This document shows, in pieces, positions 10,603 through 19,323 of a stretch of 64,000 bases of DNA. The translations under genes were made by a program, and so were the position numbers. The first letter of the stretch is position 1. Every line of letters starts with the position of its first letter. Origin of the DNA: an uncultured Cytophagales bacterium (GTDB lineage Bacteria > Bacteroidota > Bacteroidia > Cytophagales > JAAEPT01); assembly GCA_963815495.1 (NCBI GenBank), contig CAWFGW010000001.1, positions 65,873 through 129,872 of the forward strand, written 5' to 3'. The notes beneath the pieces are model-generated. The model was not told the origin of the DNA, made no database searches, and was given only the letters and a program-made list of their open reading frames with translations.

Positions 10603-11305
10603 TTTTGCGCAGCTGTTTTACTAGTACTTCAAAATCCTTCGGGTATGCCGCATCTGCGTTAATGGTCTTCCCGTTTAAATCGGTAAATTGAATCGAGCGA
10701 GAGTGAAGAGCTACTCGTTTAATTAGCGGTTGTTCCTCTTGGTCTTTCTTAAGGTTAAATTTCTTTTTTATGTCGGATAAAAAGATGTCTTTTCCTCCGT
10801 ACATGGTATCATTGACGATGGAAGCCTGAATGTAGGCTAAGTGGACACGGATTTGATGAGTTCTTCCAGTAATAGGCTTACAATAAAACAAGGTATGGTG
10901 TTTAAATACTTCGCCCGTTTTAATTCGAGTTTCTGCTACCTTGCCCTCACGATCAACCCGTACAATGCCTTTTCCTGAGATAGAAAGTGAAACATCAACT
11001 TTTAATCCATCATAGTCGTGAATTCCATGCGAAATGGCATGATACACTTTTTCTACTTCTCTTTTTTCAAACTGAATAGCCAGGTTTCGATAAGCATCTG
11101 CGTTTTTAGAGAACACCAAAATACCCGAGGTCTCTTTGTCAAGGCGGTGGCATACTTGCACATCCTCATTATAAGCTTTGGCTGCTGAGAGCATGTTTGT
11201 GGGATCCATTCGGTCTTCCAAAGTGGAGACAAATGGAGGTTTATTTACAATCAGATATTGTTCATCTTCATGTATTATTAGCGACTCAAACTTCATCTTC
11301 ATCAT
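10595..11305 (-). CDS. RluA-family pseudouridine synthase
   Basis: 236 aa. Catalytic HRLDKETSGILVF motif and the later GRTHQIRVHL. Confidence 0.85.
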   Translation of the reverse strand: MMKMKFESLIIHEDEQYLIVNKPPFVSTLEDRMDPTNMLSAAKAYNEDVQVCHRLDKETSGILVFSKNADAYRNLAIQFEKREVEKVYHAISHGIHDYDGLKVDVSLSISGKGIVRVDREGKVAETRIKTGEVFKHHTLFYCKPITGRTHQIRVHLAYIQASIVNDTMYGGKDIFLSDIKKKFNLKKDQEEQPLIKRVALHSRSIQFTDLNGKTINADAAYPKDFEVLVKQLRKNA

Positions 11306-12323
11306 CGTATCCTTTCTTTAGTTTGAATGAAAAGCTAGTACCTTTTCCTATTTTACTTGAAAGCACAATTTTAGATTGGTGTGCTTCAACAATGTGTTTT
11401 ACTATTGAGAGGCCTAAACCTGTGCCTCCCATTTCTTTTGATCTACTCTTATCAATGCGGTAAAACCGTCTAAAAATATTTGCTTGATGTTCCAGTGGAA
11501 TACCCGGCCCGTTGTCAACTACGGCAATCTCAATCATATCTTTTGCAGGTTTAAAAGAGACCACTACTTCGCCATTTTCGTAACCATAATTAATGGCATT
11601 CACAATCAAGTTTTTGAGTACTTGCTCAATGCGTTGACGATCAGCATTCACAATCACTTGTTTTTCACTTTTGTTGAGTGTGTCAAGGTTTACATTTTTG
11701 AGTTTTGCAGTAACTTCGAGTTGTTCAAAAATTTCTTTAGTTAATTTCTCAATATCAAAATCCTCTAAGTTGAGAACAAATTCTCCTGTTTCCAGTTGCG
11801 AAATGCTTAATAAATCGTGAACTAGACTATCTAATTCATCAAGACTTTTTGCTGCTTTTGCTAAAAACCGATCCCGAACTTTTTCATCGTCAATTGCACC
11901 ATCTTGTAGCGTATTGATAAACCCTTGAGCTGAGAAAATAGGTGTTTTCAATTCGTGGGAAATGTCGGCTAAAAATTCTTTTCTAAAGGTCTCTAATCTT
12001 TTTAGTTTTTCAATTTCTTGTTCTTTAGTATTGGCATATTTAAATAACTCTGAACTTATTTTTTTAATGGGCATTTCTGAGGCATTTCCAGTAATACTGG
12101 CACCACGAAACCGCTCAAACACCATAAAAGCCTTTCTCAATTCTCTAAAAATAACAAATTCAAGAATTAAGAAACAGACAATAAATGAAGAGAAAAAAGC
12201 GCCAACAAAACCCATAGTGATTTCAAAAGAACTGACGTTCGGAACGGATGATAACAATAATGATGTTAGAATACCGACCAGTAATGCGATTAAAAAGGAT
12301 AACGAACGTGAGTTTAACGCCAT
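11286..12323 (-). CDS. sensor histidine kinase (HisKA + HATPase_c), no adjacent response regulator
   Basis: 345 aa. H-box FLADISHELKTPI, N-box and G-boxes (DNGPGIP, GGTGLGLSIV). Confidence 0.85.
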   Translation of the reverse strand: MALNSRSLSFLIALLVGILTSLLLSSVPNVSSFEITMGFVGAFFSSFIVCFLILEFVIFRELRKAFMVFERFRGASITGNASEMPIKKISSELFKYANTKEQEIEKLKRLETFRKEFLADISHELKTPIFSAQGFINTLQDGAIDDEKVRDRFLAKAAKSLDELDSLVHDLLSISQLETGEFVLNLEDFDIEKLTKEIFEQLEVTAKLKNVNLDTLNKSEKQVIVNADRQRIEQVLKNLIVNAINYGYENGEVVVSFKPAKDMIEIAVVDNGPGIPLEHQANIFRRFYRIDKSRSKEMGGTGLGLSIVKHIVEAHQSKIVLSSKIGKGTSFSFKLKKGYDDEDEV

Positions 12324-12325
12324 TG

Positions 12326-13645
12326 TTAGTTTGGCAAGAGTTCAGCTAACTTTTGGTGAAGTGCCGCTCCTCTTAAGTTTTTACCGACAATAATTCCGTT
12401 TTCATCAATTAGAAATGTAGCAGGAATACCTCTTACAAAGTATTCTCTAGCAGCTTCTGAATCCCATTTTTTTAGCTCTGACACGTGGTAATCCCACACC
12501 ATACCATCTTGTTCAACAGCATTTAACCATCGGTTTTTGTCACTATCTAACGAAACACTAAAGACGGTAAAACCTTTGTCATTATATTTTTCATATGCTT
12601 TAACAACATTGGGCATCTCACTTCGGCAGGGCCCACACCATGAAGCCCAAAAGTCTAGCAAAACAATTTGACCTTTCAAATCAGATAATTTCAAGGTTTT
12701 ACCCTCTGAATTAGGAAGCACAACATCTGGAGCTTCATCTCCGATTTCTGGTGCACCTTTAGGAACATATTTCTTGATTCTTTCTACATATTTATCATTG
12801 CCAAACTCACTTTTCATGGTGTTATATAATTCTTTTGAATACTCTTGATTTACTGCGGATGCAATTTTTATCAAGGCAGCATAGACTACTTTTCTTGCTG
12901 TTGAAGCCTGGGGAGCAAGTGAAATCACAGAACTAAACTCACCCGCTATGTTTTGAGTATTAATACTTACAAAGCTCATAAAATACATGTTGATTTTTTT
13001 CTCTAGGATAAGCCCTCGTGTTAGTTGTTCATCTGTAAAATTTGAGGCGCTGAAATACGTTAGTTTCGATGTGTTGTCATCCATTAAAAAAATAGAAGCT
13101 ACCTTTCTAGTGAAGGCGCTAGAAGTGTTTTGGTGAAGACTTTTAAAGAAACCGACTCTGGCTTTGTTAAGACTATCAAGACTTGCTCTGACTGGTTCGA
13201 ACTGTTGCTGAAATGCTTCAGGATCAGCTTGCTGAAGGTGAACAATCGAGCGATAATTCATCTCTATTTGTGCTAAAGCCTCGTCATAACTATTAATATG
13301 ATTAAAATATTTTTGTATTTCTTTACTATCATTTCCTTCAATGACAGACCAAGCCTTACCTTCATAGTTAGCTTGTGTGTTTTCTTCTTTAATGACAATG
13401 TTCAACACTTCTTCATTAGAAAAACCCAACGCATAAATCCCAACAGGGGTCTGCTCATCAAGTTTGAATTGAAAAGTTCCTTTATTAACTTGTGAGGAGT
13501 CTTTCAAAAAAAGTTCGTCCCCAATATAACTATAAAGGTATACTTGGTTTCTGGGAGTGTTCGATACCGAGCCCTCAACTTTAATGGATTTAGCAATCAG
13601 CTGGACACTTGAGGTAAGTATAAGTAAGTATGTAAGTATTCTCAT
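12326..13645 (-). CDS. TlpA-like thioredoxin-fold protein disulfide reductase with a long N-terminal extension
   Basis: 439 aa. Signal peptide and C-terminal thioredoxin fold with WASWCGPC. Confidence 0.8.
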   Translation of the reverse strand: MRILTYLLILTSSVQLIAKSIKVEGSVSNTPRNQVYLYSYIGDELFLKDSSQVNKGTFQFKLDEQTPVGIYALGFSNEEVLNIVIKEENTQANYEGKAWSVIEGNDSKEIQKYFNHINSYDEALAQIEMNYRSIVHLQQADPEAFQQQFEPVRASLDSLNKARVGFFKSLHQNTSSAFTRKVASIFLMDDNTSKLTYFSASNFTDEQLTRGLILEKKINMYFMSFVSINTQNIAGEFSSVISLAPQASTARKVVYAALIKIASAVNQEYSKELYNTMKSEFGNDKYVERIKKYVPKGAPEIGDEAPDVVLPNSEGKTLKLSDLKGQIVLLDFWASWCGPCRSEMPNVVKAYEKYNDKGFTVFSVSLDSDKNRWLNAVEQDGMVWDYHVSELKKWDSEAAREYFVRGIPATFLIDENGIIVGKNLRGAALHQKLAELLPN

Positions 13646-13693
13646 GATTAATCTTTGAACTTCAAAAATAAGTGAATCAGTTCCATAACAAAA

Positions 13694-14503
13694 TTATTTC
13701 GCTACATTCAGTTGGTGTCGAAGTCCCGAGTAGTCTGTTAATTCTACTTCAACAGCTCCAACAAACATTTTAGCCTTAACTTTTAACGGGATTTTATTTT
13801 CATCATCCGATAACCACATAGTGATAGAGTTCTCGCCTTCAAACAGTTCATTTTCAGGCATAATTGGAACTAGTTTTATCGCATTTACTTTACCAATATC
13901 CGTTTTTATTTTTTCTTTCCCTTCATATTTCACCCCAAATTTGTATAATTTATCTTCTAAGAAAGCATCGATAACTGCTTCGCTTCCTTTTTTCATTTTA
14001 GAGTAATCAAGGTTACGGAAATAATAAAATCCGCTGACGATATCATGTACATTTTTAGGCACTTCGTATTGTGTGATCTTAGGGGTTTTGTTATTTTTTT
14101 GAAATTGAACTTTCAAGCGACCTTCATCATGATGATAAAACATCGTTTCGTTAATTTCATAACTACCACCTTCTTTGATGTCTCGGAAAAATTTTTGGGG
14201 AATAAGTGTGGACGTATCAATGTAAGACCTCCAATGGTCATCTACTTTATACATTGCTGCAAAAGCTCCTTTCGATCGACCATCTATTTCCATTCTATAG
14301 CATGGCTTGTTGTTGACTGTAAATAAGTCGGGTAAAATTGAAACCGTTCCTTCACCTGCATTAAACCAACCATAGTGCAAACGATATTTTAATACTTCTC
14401 CTTTTTTAAACGATTTATTCTTTAATTCTCGGTTAAACACCTCACTGGAGAATGCGGATAAAGTTAAAAGTGCAGCGATGTATAGATATAAACTTGTTTT
14501 CAT
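13694..14503 (-). CDS. DUF3108-like secreted protein
   Basis: ORF 13694..14545. The likely start is the Met before the signal peptide MKTSLYLYIAALL (14503). GEVLKYRLHYGWFNAGEG resembles DUF3108, from memory. Confidence 0.55.
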   Translation of the reverse strand: MKTSLYLYIAALLTLSAFSSEVFNRELKNKSFKKGEVLKYRLHYGWFNAGEGTVSILPDLFTVNNKPCYRMEIDGRSKGAFAAMYKVDDHWRSYIDTSTLIPQKFFRDIKEGGSYEINETMFYHHDEGRLKVQFQKNNKTPKITQYEVPKNVHDIVSGFYYFRNLDYSKMKKGSEAVIDAFLEDKLYKFGVKYEGKEKIKTDIGKVNAIKLVPIMPENELFEGENSITMWLSDDENKIPLKVKAKMFVGAVEVELTDYSGLRHQLNVAK

Positions 14504-14566
14504 AATTTTAGGATTACTACTGCCACTACAATTTACAAATAACATACCAAATCAATATCGTGCTGA

Positions 14567-14583
14567 GTGACAATTATTGTCAC
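14567..14583. promoter_or_regulatory. perfect 17-bp palindrome GTGACAAT-T-ATTGTCAC upstream of recA (candidate operator)
   Basis: 8-bp arms read directly. It lies about 104 nt upstream of the recA ATG and just upstream of the candidate -33/-7 elements. Confidence 0.45.
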
Positions 14584-14590
14584 AGTCGAT

Positions 14591-14623
14591 TTGGCTAGTG
14601 TATAATTGTATGCATTACATTTG
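14591..14623 (+). promoter_or_regulatory. candidate recA promoter (TTG ... TACATTTG)
   Basis: TACATTTG (14616-14623) fits the Bacteroidota -7 consensus TAnnTTTG. A TTG lies 22 nt upstream. Confidence 0.3.
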
Positions 14624-14686
14624 TGGATTGTAACGCTAACTTGTAACTTTCCTTTTTTTAAAATAGTCTAATAAAATAGCAAAAAT

Positions 14687-15712
14687 ATGAGCGATAAAGA
14701 TAAATCAGAAAAGCTAAAAGCGCTACAGCTGACGGTAGATAAAATTGAAAAAACATACGGAAAAGGTGCTGTAATGAAATTAAGCGATGAACGCATCGTT
14801 GACATTCCTGCTATTTCTACAGGTTCTCTCGGATTAGATATTGCTTTGGGCATTGGTGGAATTCCTCGTGGAAGAGTAGTTGAAATTTATGGACCTGAAT
14901 CATCTGGTAAAACCACGCTCTCTATGCATTGCATTGCTGAAGCACAAAAGGCGGGAGGCATGGCGGCTTTTATTGATGCGGAGCATGCTTTTGATAAGAC
15001 GTATGCAGAACGATTAGGTATTGATACTGAAAACCTACTCATTTCTCAACCAGACAATGGTGAACAAGCACTAGAAATTACGGAACACTTAATTCGTTCT
15101 GGGGCTATTGATATTATTGTTATTGACTCCGTAGCTGCTTTAACTCCTAAAGCTGAATTGGAAGGTGAAATGGGTGATAGTAAAATGGGTCTTCAAGCAC
15201 GTTTGATGTCACAAGCGTTAAGAAAGCTGACGGGTGCTATTAATAAAACAGGGTGCTCTTGTATCTTCATTAATCAATTGCGTGAAAAAATTGGCGTGAT
15301 GTTCGGAAACCCAGAAACAACTACCGGTGGTAATGCTTTGAAATTCTATGCTTCTGTTCGATTAGACATCAGAAGAATAGGTCAGATAAAAGAATCGCCC
15401 GATTCAATTACTGGTAACCGAGTGAAAGTGAAAGTGGTAAAAAACAAAGTTGCGCCTCCATTCAAAGTGATTGAGTTTGACATTATGTATGGTGAGGGAA
15501 TCTCTAAAATTGGTGAAATACTTGATTTAGGGGTTGACTTAGACATCATAGAGAAAGCGGGTTCTTGGTTTTCGTATTCAGGAAATAAACTAGGACAAGG
15601 TAGAGATACCGTGAAAGCTTTATTGAAAGATAACCCAGAATTGTCTGACGAAATTGAAGCTAAAATTAGAGCTAAAGTAAGTGGGAAAGTTCCTGCTGTT
15701 GTGGAAGCTTAA
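14687..15712 (+). CDS. recA: recombinase RecA
   Basis: 341 aa. Walker [10 protein letters not shown] and unmistakable RecA core sequence. Confidence 0.97.
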   Translation: MSDKDKSEKLKALQLTVDKIEKTYGKGAVMKLSDERIVDIPAISTGSLGLDIALGIGGIPRGRVVEIYGPESSGKTTLSMHCIAEAQKAGGMAAFIDAEHAFDKTYAERLGIDTENLLISQPDNGEQALEITEHLIRSGAIDIIVIDSVAALTPKAELEGEMGDSKMGLQARLMSQALRKLTGAINKTGCSCIFINQLREKIGVMFGNPETTTGGNALKFYASVRLDIRRIGQIKESPDSITGNRVKVKVVKNKVAPPFKVIEFDIMYGEGISKIGEILDLGVDLDIIEKAGSWFSYSGNKLGQGRDTVKALLKDNPELSDEIEAKIRAKVSGKVPAVVEA

Positions 15713-15758
15713 GTTTGAATAAAGACGCTAGAGTCAAGAAACAAGATTGGAAAAATAG

Positions 15759-15797
15759 AAAACCCCGAATTACTTGGTAATTTCGGGGTTTTTCTTT
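15759..15797. terminator. bidirectional intrinsic terminator after recA
   Basis: aaaaccccgaa / ttcggggtttt stem of 11 bp with a 12-nt loop. T-runs follow on both strands. Confidence 0.7.
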
Positions 15798-16006
15798 GAT
15801 AAATAGTTTACAATCACAACACGTATCAACAATAGCCATGGGGTGCCGTGGAAAAGCAAATCTCCCCAATCCATGAGTTGCATGCCTTCCGCACCTCCAG
15901 CGATCCATTTGATTTTTCCCCAAATATGTGGTTCAGGTACAAATGGAGCTAGTCCCAAAGTTAAAGTAGCTAATAACCAGGTCTTGGTGTCGTTAAGTAT
16001 TTTCAA
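15770..16006 (-). CDS. small hydrophobic protein, last gene of the YeeE operon
   Basis: 78-aa ORF. Its start overlaps the upstream YeeE stop by 4 nt. Its 3' end runs into the terminator loop. Confidence 0.4.
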   Translation of the reverse strand: MKILNDTKTWLLATLTLGLAPFVPEPHIWGKIKWIAGGAEGMQLMDWGDLLFHGTPWLLLIRVVIVNYLSKKNPEITK

Positions 16007-16416
16007 TGCGGTAGTTTATCTTTTAATAAACCATATACAAACGTTCCAGCAACTGCACTGATTACACCAAGAATCATGACATACACACCTGCTCCAACTA
16101 ATATGAATAACGGACCAGGACAAGCCCCAGTAAGTGCCCATCCAAACCCAAAAATAACCCCTCCCGCTAAATAGCGTGTAACGGACATTTCTTTTGGGTC
16201 AGTAGTGATAGGAATTCCTTCGGTAGAGTTGAGATGGGTTCGTTTTATTAGTTGTAACATGACGATACCTAAAACAACAGCCGAGCCTATAACTCCATAC
16301 ATATGAAAAGATTGAAAACGGAACATTTCGTAAATCCGATACCAAGAGATAATTTCGGCTTTGGTGAGAACAATTCCGAAGACTATTCCAATAATATAAA
16401 ATCGTATTAATTTCAT
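16003..16416 (-). CDS. YeeE/YedE-family sulfur-compound transporter component (short half)
   Basis: 137 aa and 4-TM-like, with the GACPG motif typical of YeeE/YedE repeats. Confidence 0.7.
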   Translation of the reverse strand: MKLIRFYIIGIVFGIVLTKAEIISWYRIYEMFRFQSFHMYGVIGSAVVLGIVMLQLIKRTHLNSTEGIPITTDPKEMSVTRYLAGGVIFGFGWALTGACPGPLFILVGAGVYVMILGVISAVAGTFVYGLLKDKLPH

Positions 16417-16428
16417 GGAGAGCTAATT

Positions 16429-16995
16429 TTAAAGGGCCAGAATATAAGGAAGGATGAAATAAGTTGTAATTAGTCCGCCAATGAAAAAACCAATTGTGGC
16501 AATCAATGAGGGAAGCTGTAAATCACTTAATCCGCTGATAGCATGGCCAGAAGTACAACCGCCTGCATAACGAGTGCCAAAGCCGACTAAGAAACCACCT
16601 ATTATAATCAGAATAAAACCTTTTAAGGTGAAAACAGATTCCCAACTGAATAATTCCTGAGGTACTAATCCATCACCAGGGTTGGCAATGCCGAACGATT
16701 GAAGCTCGGTAACGACCGTACCAGATAATTGAATTGTCGAGCCATCAGAAAGGTAATGCACAGCAATAAATCCACCAGTGATGGATCCAGCTACAAAGAT
16801 TAAATTCCATACTTGAGCTTTCCAATCGAAGTTAAAGAAGTCAGCATATTTACCACAGCCTCCCATGGCACACATCGTTCTTAAATTAGAGGATAAGCCA
16901 AAGCGTTTTCCAAAGAGAAGCAGCAAAAACATGACAAAGGTTATGGAAGGTCCAGCCACATACCAGGGCCATGGTTGTTTAATGATTTCTAACAT
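16429..16995 (-). CDS. YeeE/YedE-family sulfur-compound transporter component
   Basis: ORF 16429..17031. The likely start is MLEIIKQPWPWYVAG (16995). GGCTSGH motif. Confidence 0.7.
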   Translation of the reverse strand: MLEIIKQPWPWYVAGPSITFVMFLLLLFGKRFGLSSNLRTMCAMGGCGKYADFFNFDWKAQVWNLIFVAGSITGGFIAVHYLSDGSTIQLSGTVVTELQSFGIANPGDGLVPQELFSWESVFTLKGFILIIIGGFLVGFGTRYAGGCTSGHAISGLSDLQLPSLIATIGFFIGGLITTYFILPYILAL

Positions 16996-17009
16996 GTTCT
17001 TATTTATTT

Positions 17010-18422
17010 TTATAATAAAGTACTGGGACAAACATAAGCTGTTAAAGGAAGGTTTGTTTCTTTGATTGCTCCAAATCCTCCAGCGATATCGATGACATTT
17101 TCATACCCTCTAGCTTTTAAAATAGACGCAGCGATCATGGAACGGTAACCACCACCACAATGAATATGGTAGGCTTTATTTTTATCCAGTTCTTGAAGGT
17201 GTTCATTGATTGCATCCAATGGGAAGTTCTGAACTCGATCATCATCAATTCTTTCCGATTGATATTCAGATTCTTTTCTAACATCAATTACCGTAAGGTC
17301 ATTATTAAATTCTTGTTCGAGTTGCTCAGCAGAAATAGAAGCGATGGAATCCACTTCTTTACCTGCTTTTTTCCAAGCATCAATACCACCTTCTAAAAAA
17401 CCCAACGTATTATCGTATCCAACACGAGAAAGCCGTGTGATTACCTCTTCTTCCCGGCCTTCATCAGTCACTAATAAAATAGGTTGTTTTAAATCTAAGA
17501 TGAGGGCACCTACCCATGGAGCAAAACCACCATCAATCCCAATGTTTATACTTTTAGGAATAAATCCATCTTTAAAAACCTGTGGTTTACGCGTATCCAG
17601 GATTAAGGCTTGCTCGGCATTTGCAATTTCTTCAAATAATTCAGGAGCCAAGGCAACATCTCCTTTTTCAAGAATACGCTCTAAATCATTATATCCCTCT
17701 TTATTTAATTTAACGTTTTTAGGAAAATACTGCGGAGGTGTTACCAACCCTGTAGTTACTTCTTTTATAAATTCCTCTTTAGTCATGTTTGCGCGAAGAG
17801 CATAGTTGGTTTCTTTCTGATGACCAAGCGTATCAAAAGTTTCTTTGCTCATGTTTTTACCACAGGCGGATCCTGCTCCATGTGCGGGATAAACCAACAC
17901 ATCATTAGGCAACGTCATGATTTTAGTACGCAATGAATCGTATAACATGCCTGCTAAATCTTCCACGGTAAGGTGTGATTTTGCAGCTAAGTCTGGACGA
18001 CCAACATCACCGATAAATAAGGTGTCACCTGAGAAAATAGCTTTTTCTTTTCCTTCTGCATCTAATAATAAATAAGTGACAGATTCCTCAGTATGTCCAG
18101 GTGTATGTAACACTTTAATTTGAACTTCTCCTAATTGGAAAATTTGGTTGTCTTGAGCAATAATGGCGTCATAATTAGGGTTAGCTTTTGGTCCAAAGAT
18201 GATTGGAGCCCCTGTTTTTTCAGCTAAAGTAACGTGACCAGAAACGAAATCAGCATGGAAGTGTGTTTCAAAAATATACTTGATTTTCGCTCCTTCTTTT
18301 TCAGCTTTTTCGATATATGGTTTAGTTTCTCTTAATGGATCAATGATAGCTGCTTCACCATTGGATTCAATGTAATAAGCACCTTGTGCTAAACAACCTG
18401 TATATATTTGTTCTATTTTCAT
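17010..18422 (-). CDS. MBL-fold persulfide-dioxygenase-like domain fused to two rhodanese domains
   Basis: 470 aa. Metallo-beta-lactamase HxHxDH (THFHADFVSGH) N-terminal half. C-terminal rhodanese with the active-site loop CGGGYRS. Confidence 0.8.
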   Translation of the reverse strand: MKIEQIYTGCLAQGAYYIESNGEAAIIDPLRETKPYIEKAEKEGAKIKYIFETHFHADFVSGHVTLAEKTGAPIIFGPKANPNYDAIIAQDNQIFQLGEVQIKVLHTPGHTEESVTYLLLDAEGKEKAIFSGDTLFIGDVGRPDLAAKSHLTVEDLAGMLYDSLRTKIMTLPNDVLVYPAHGAGSACGKNMSKETFDTLGHQKETNYALRANMTKEEFIKEVTTGLVTPPQYFPKNVKLNKEGYNDLERILEKGDVALAPELFEEIANAEQALILDTRKPQVFKDGFIPKSINIGIDGGFAPWVGALILDLKQPILLVTDEGREEEVITRLSRVGYDNTLGFLEGGIDAWKKAGKEVDSIASISAEQLEQEFNNDLTVIDVRKESEYQSERIDDDRVQNFPLDAINEHLQELDKNKAYHIHCGGGYRSMIAASILKARGYENVIDIAGGFGAIKETNLPLTAYVCPSTLL

Positions 18423-18462
18423 TTTTGTTACTTTTTGGTGATGGATTTCTTAGTTTATACTA

Positions 18463-18506
18463 CAATAATAAATGATGTAAAGGTAGTATTCAGTGATAGG
18501 AATCAC
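18463..18506 (-). promoter_or_regulatory. Crp-type box GTGATAGGAATCAC (18493-18506) + 22 nt + -7-like TATTATTG (ends 18463)
   Basis: The palindrome and spacing were read directly. Faces the MBL-rhodanese/YeeE operon. Confidence 0.55.
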
Positions 18507-18716
18507 ATAAGCTTGTTTTATTGGGTAAACATTGAAAGCTCTGCTGAATATAAAATTTCTCTTGCTTTTCTTCACATAAAAAACACAGTTAGTACTGATA
18601 AGGCAGATGTTTTTAAGATCACAAAGGAAATCAATTGGTAGAAATATTTTTATTTATGTATAAATAATCAGACATTCATCACTCAGATTTTCAACCATTT
18701 AAAAAAATTTATTACT

Positions 18717-19283
18717 ATGAAACAAAAATTACTAATTAATACGTTTTTGTTCTTAAGTATAGTTGTTTTTGCGACTGAACATCACGTGAAAATTGAAGGG
18801 TTTACCTTTTCACCGGCAGCATTAACTATTGAAGTAGGGGATATGGTGACTTGGACTAATTTTGATGGGGCACCACACACGGCAAGTTCAATCGCTGTTC
18901 CTTCTGGCGCTACAACTTTTGAGAGCGGTACATTATCGGCTAGTGATAGTTATTCTTTTACATTTAATTTAGCGGGGGATTATTCTTATTGGTGCAATTT
19001 TCATACACATATGAAAGCAACAATTACCGTAGAAGCACCTCTCGGCATCTCTAATTTAGCTTTCGAAAACGTGGAGATATATCCTAATCCGGTTTCCCAA
19101 CAAACTGTAATTGAAGGATTGAATAAAGTCACTAACTATTTTATCTTTAGTATTAAAGGAGACTTGGTAGCAACAGGAAAAACCACTGAACTTAATTTTG
19201 ACTTGTTAGAAACGGGTACTTATTTTGTTCGATTTGAATTAGAAGGAGATAAATCAAAAACAATTCGAATTGTTAAAAACTAA
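18717..19283 (+). CDS. type-1 copper (cupredoxin, amicyanin-like) protein with a T9SS C-terminal sorting domain
   Basis: 188 aa. Signal peptide, copper ligands GAPHT and WCNFHTHM (C-x2-H-x2-M), then IYPNPVSQQTVIEG...TYFVRFELEGDKSKTIRIVKN. Confidence 0.75.
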   Translation: MKQKLLINTFLFLSIVVFATEHHVKIEGFTFSPAALTIEVGDMVTWTNFDGAPHTASSIAVPSGATTFESGTLSASDSYSFTFNLAGDYSYWCNFHTHMKATITVEAPLGISNLAFENVEIYPNPVSQQTVIEGLNKVTNYFIFSIKGDLVATGKTTELNFDLLETGTYFVRFELEGDKSKTIRIVKN

Positions 19284-19323
19284 TTTCAGGTATTATCACC
19301 CTTAATCAGGGCTGACCGGAGTT

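Noticed and set aside
15672-16061. Overlapping ORFs 15672..15923 (minus strand) and 15843..16061 (plus strand) around the recA terminator
   Set aside because: They overlap the better-supported 15770..16006 ORF, which is coupled to the YeeE stop, and cross the terminator. They have no family features.
18609-18652. A half-site, GTTTTTAAGATCAC, with TATTTTTA ending 30 nt downstream, facing the cupredoxin gene
   Set aside because: The spacing is right, but the left half-site has two mismatches and the -7 8-mer lacks the final G. It is too degenerate to call without a scoring model.
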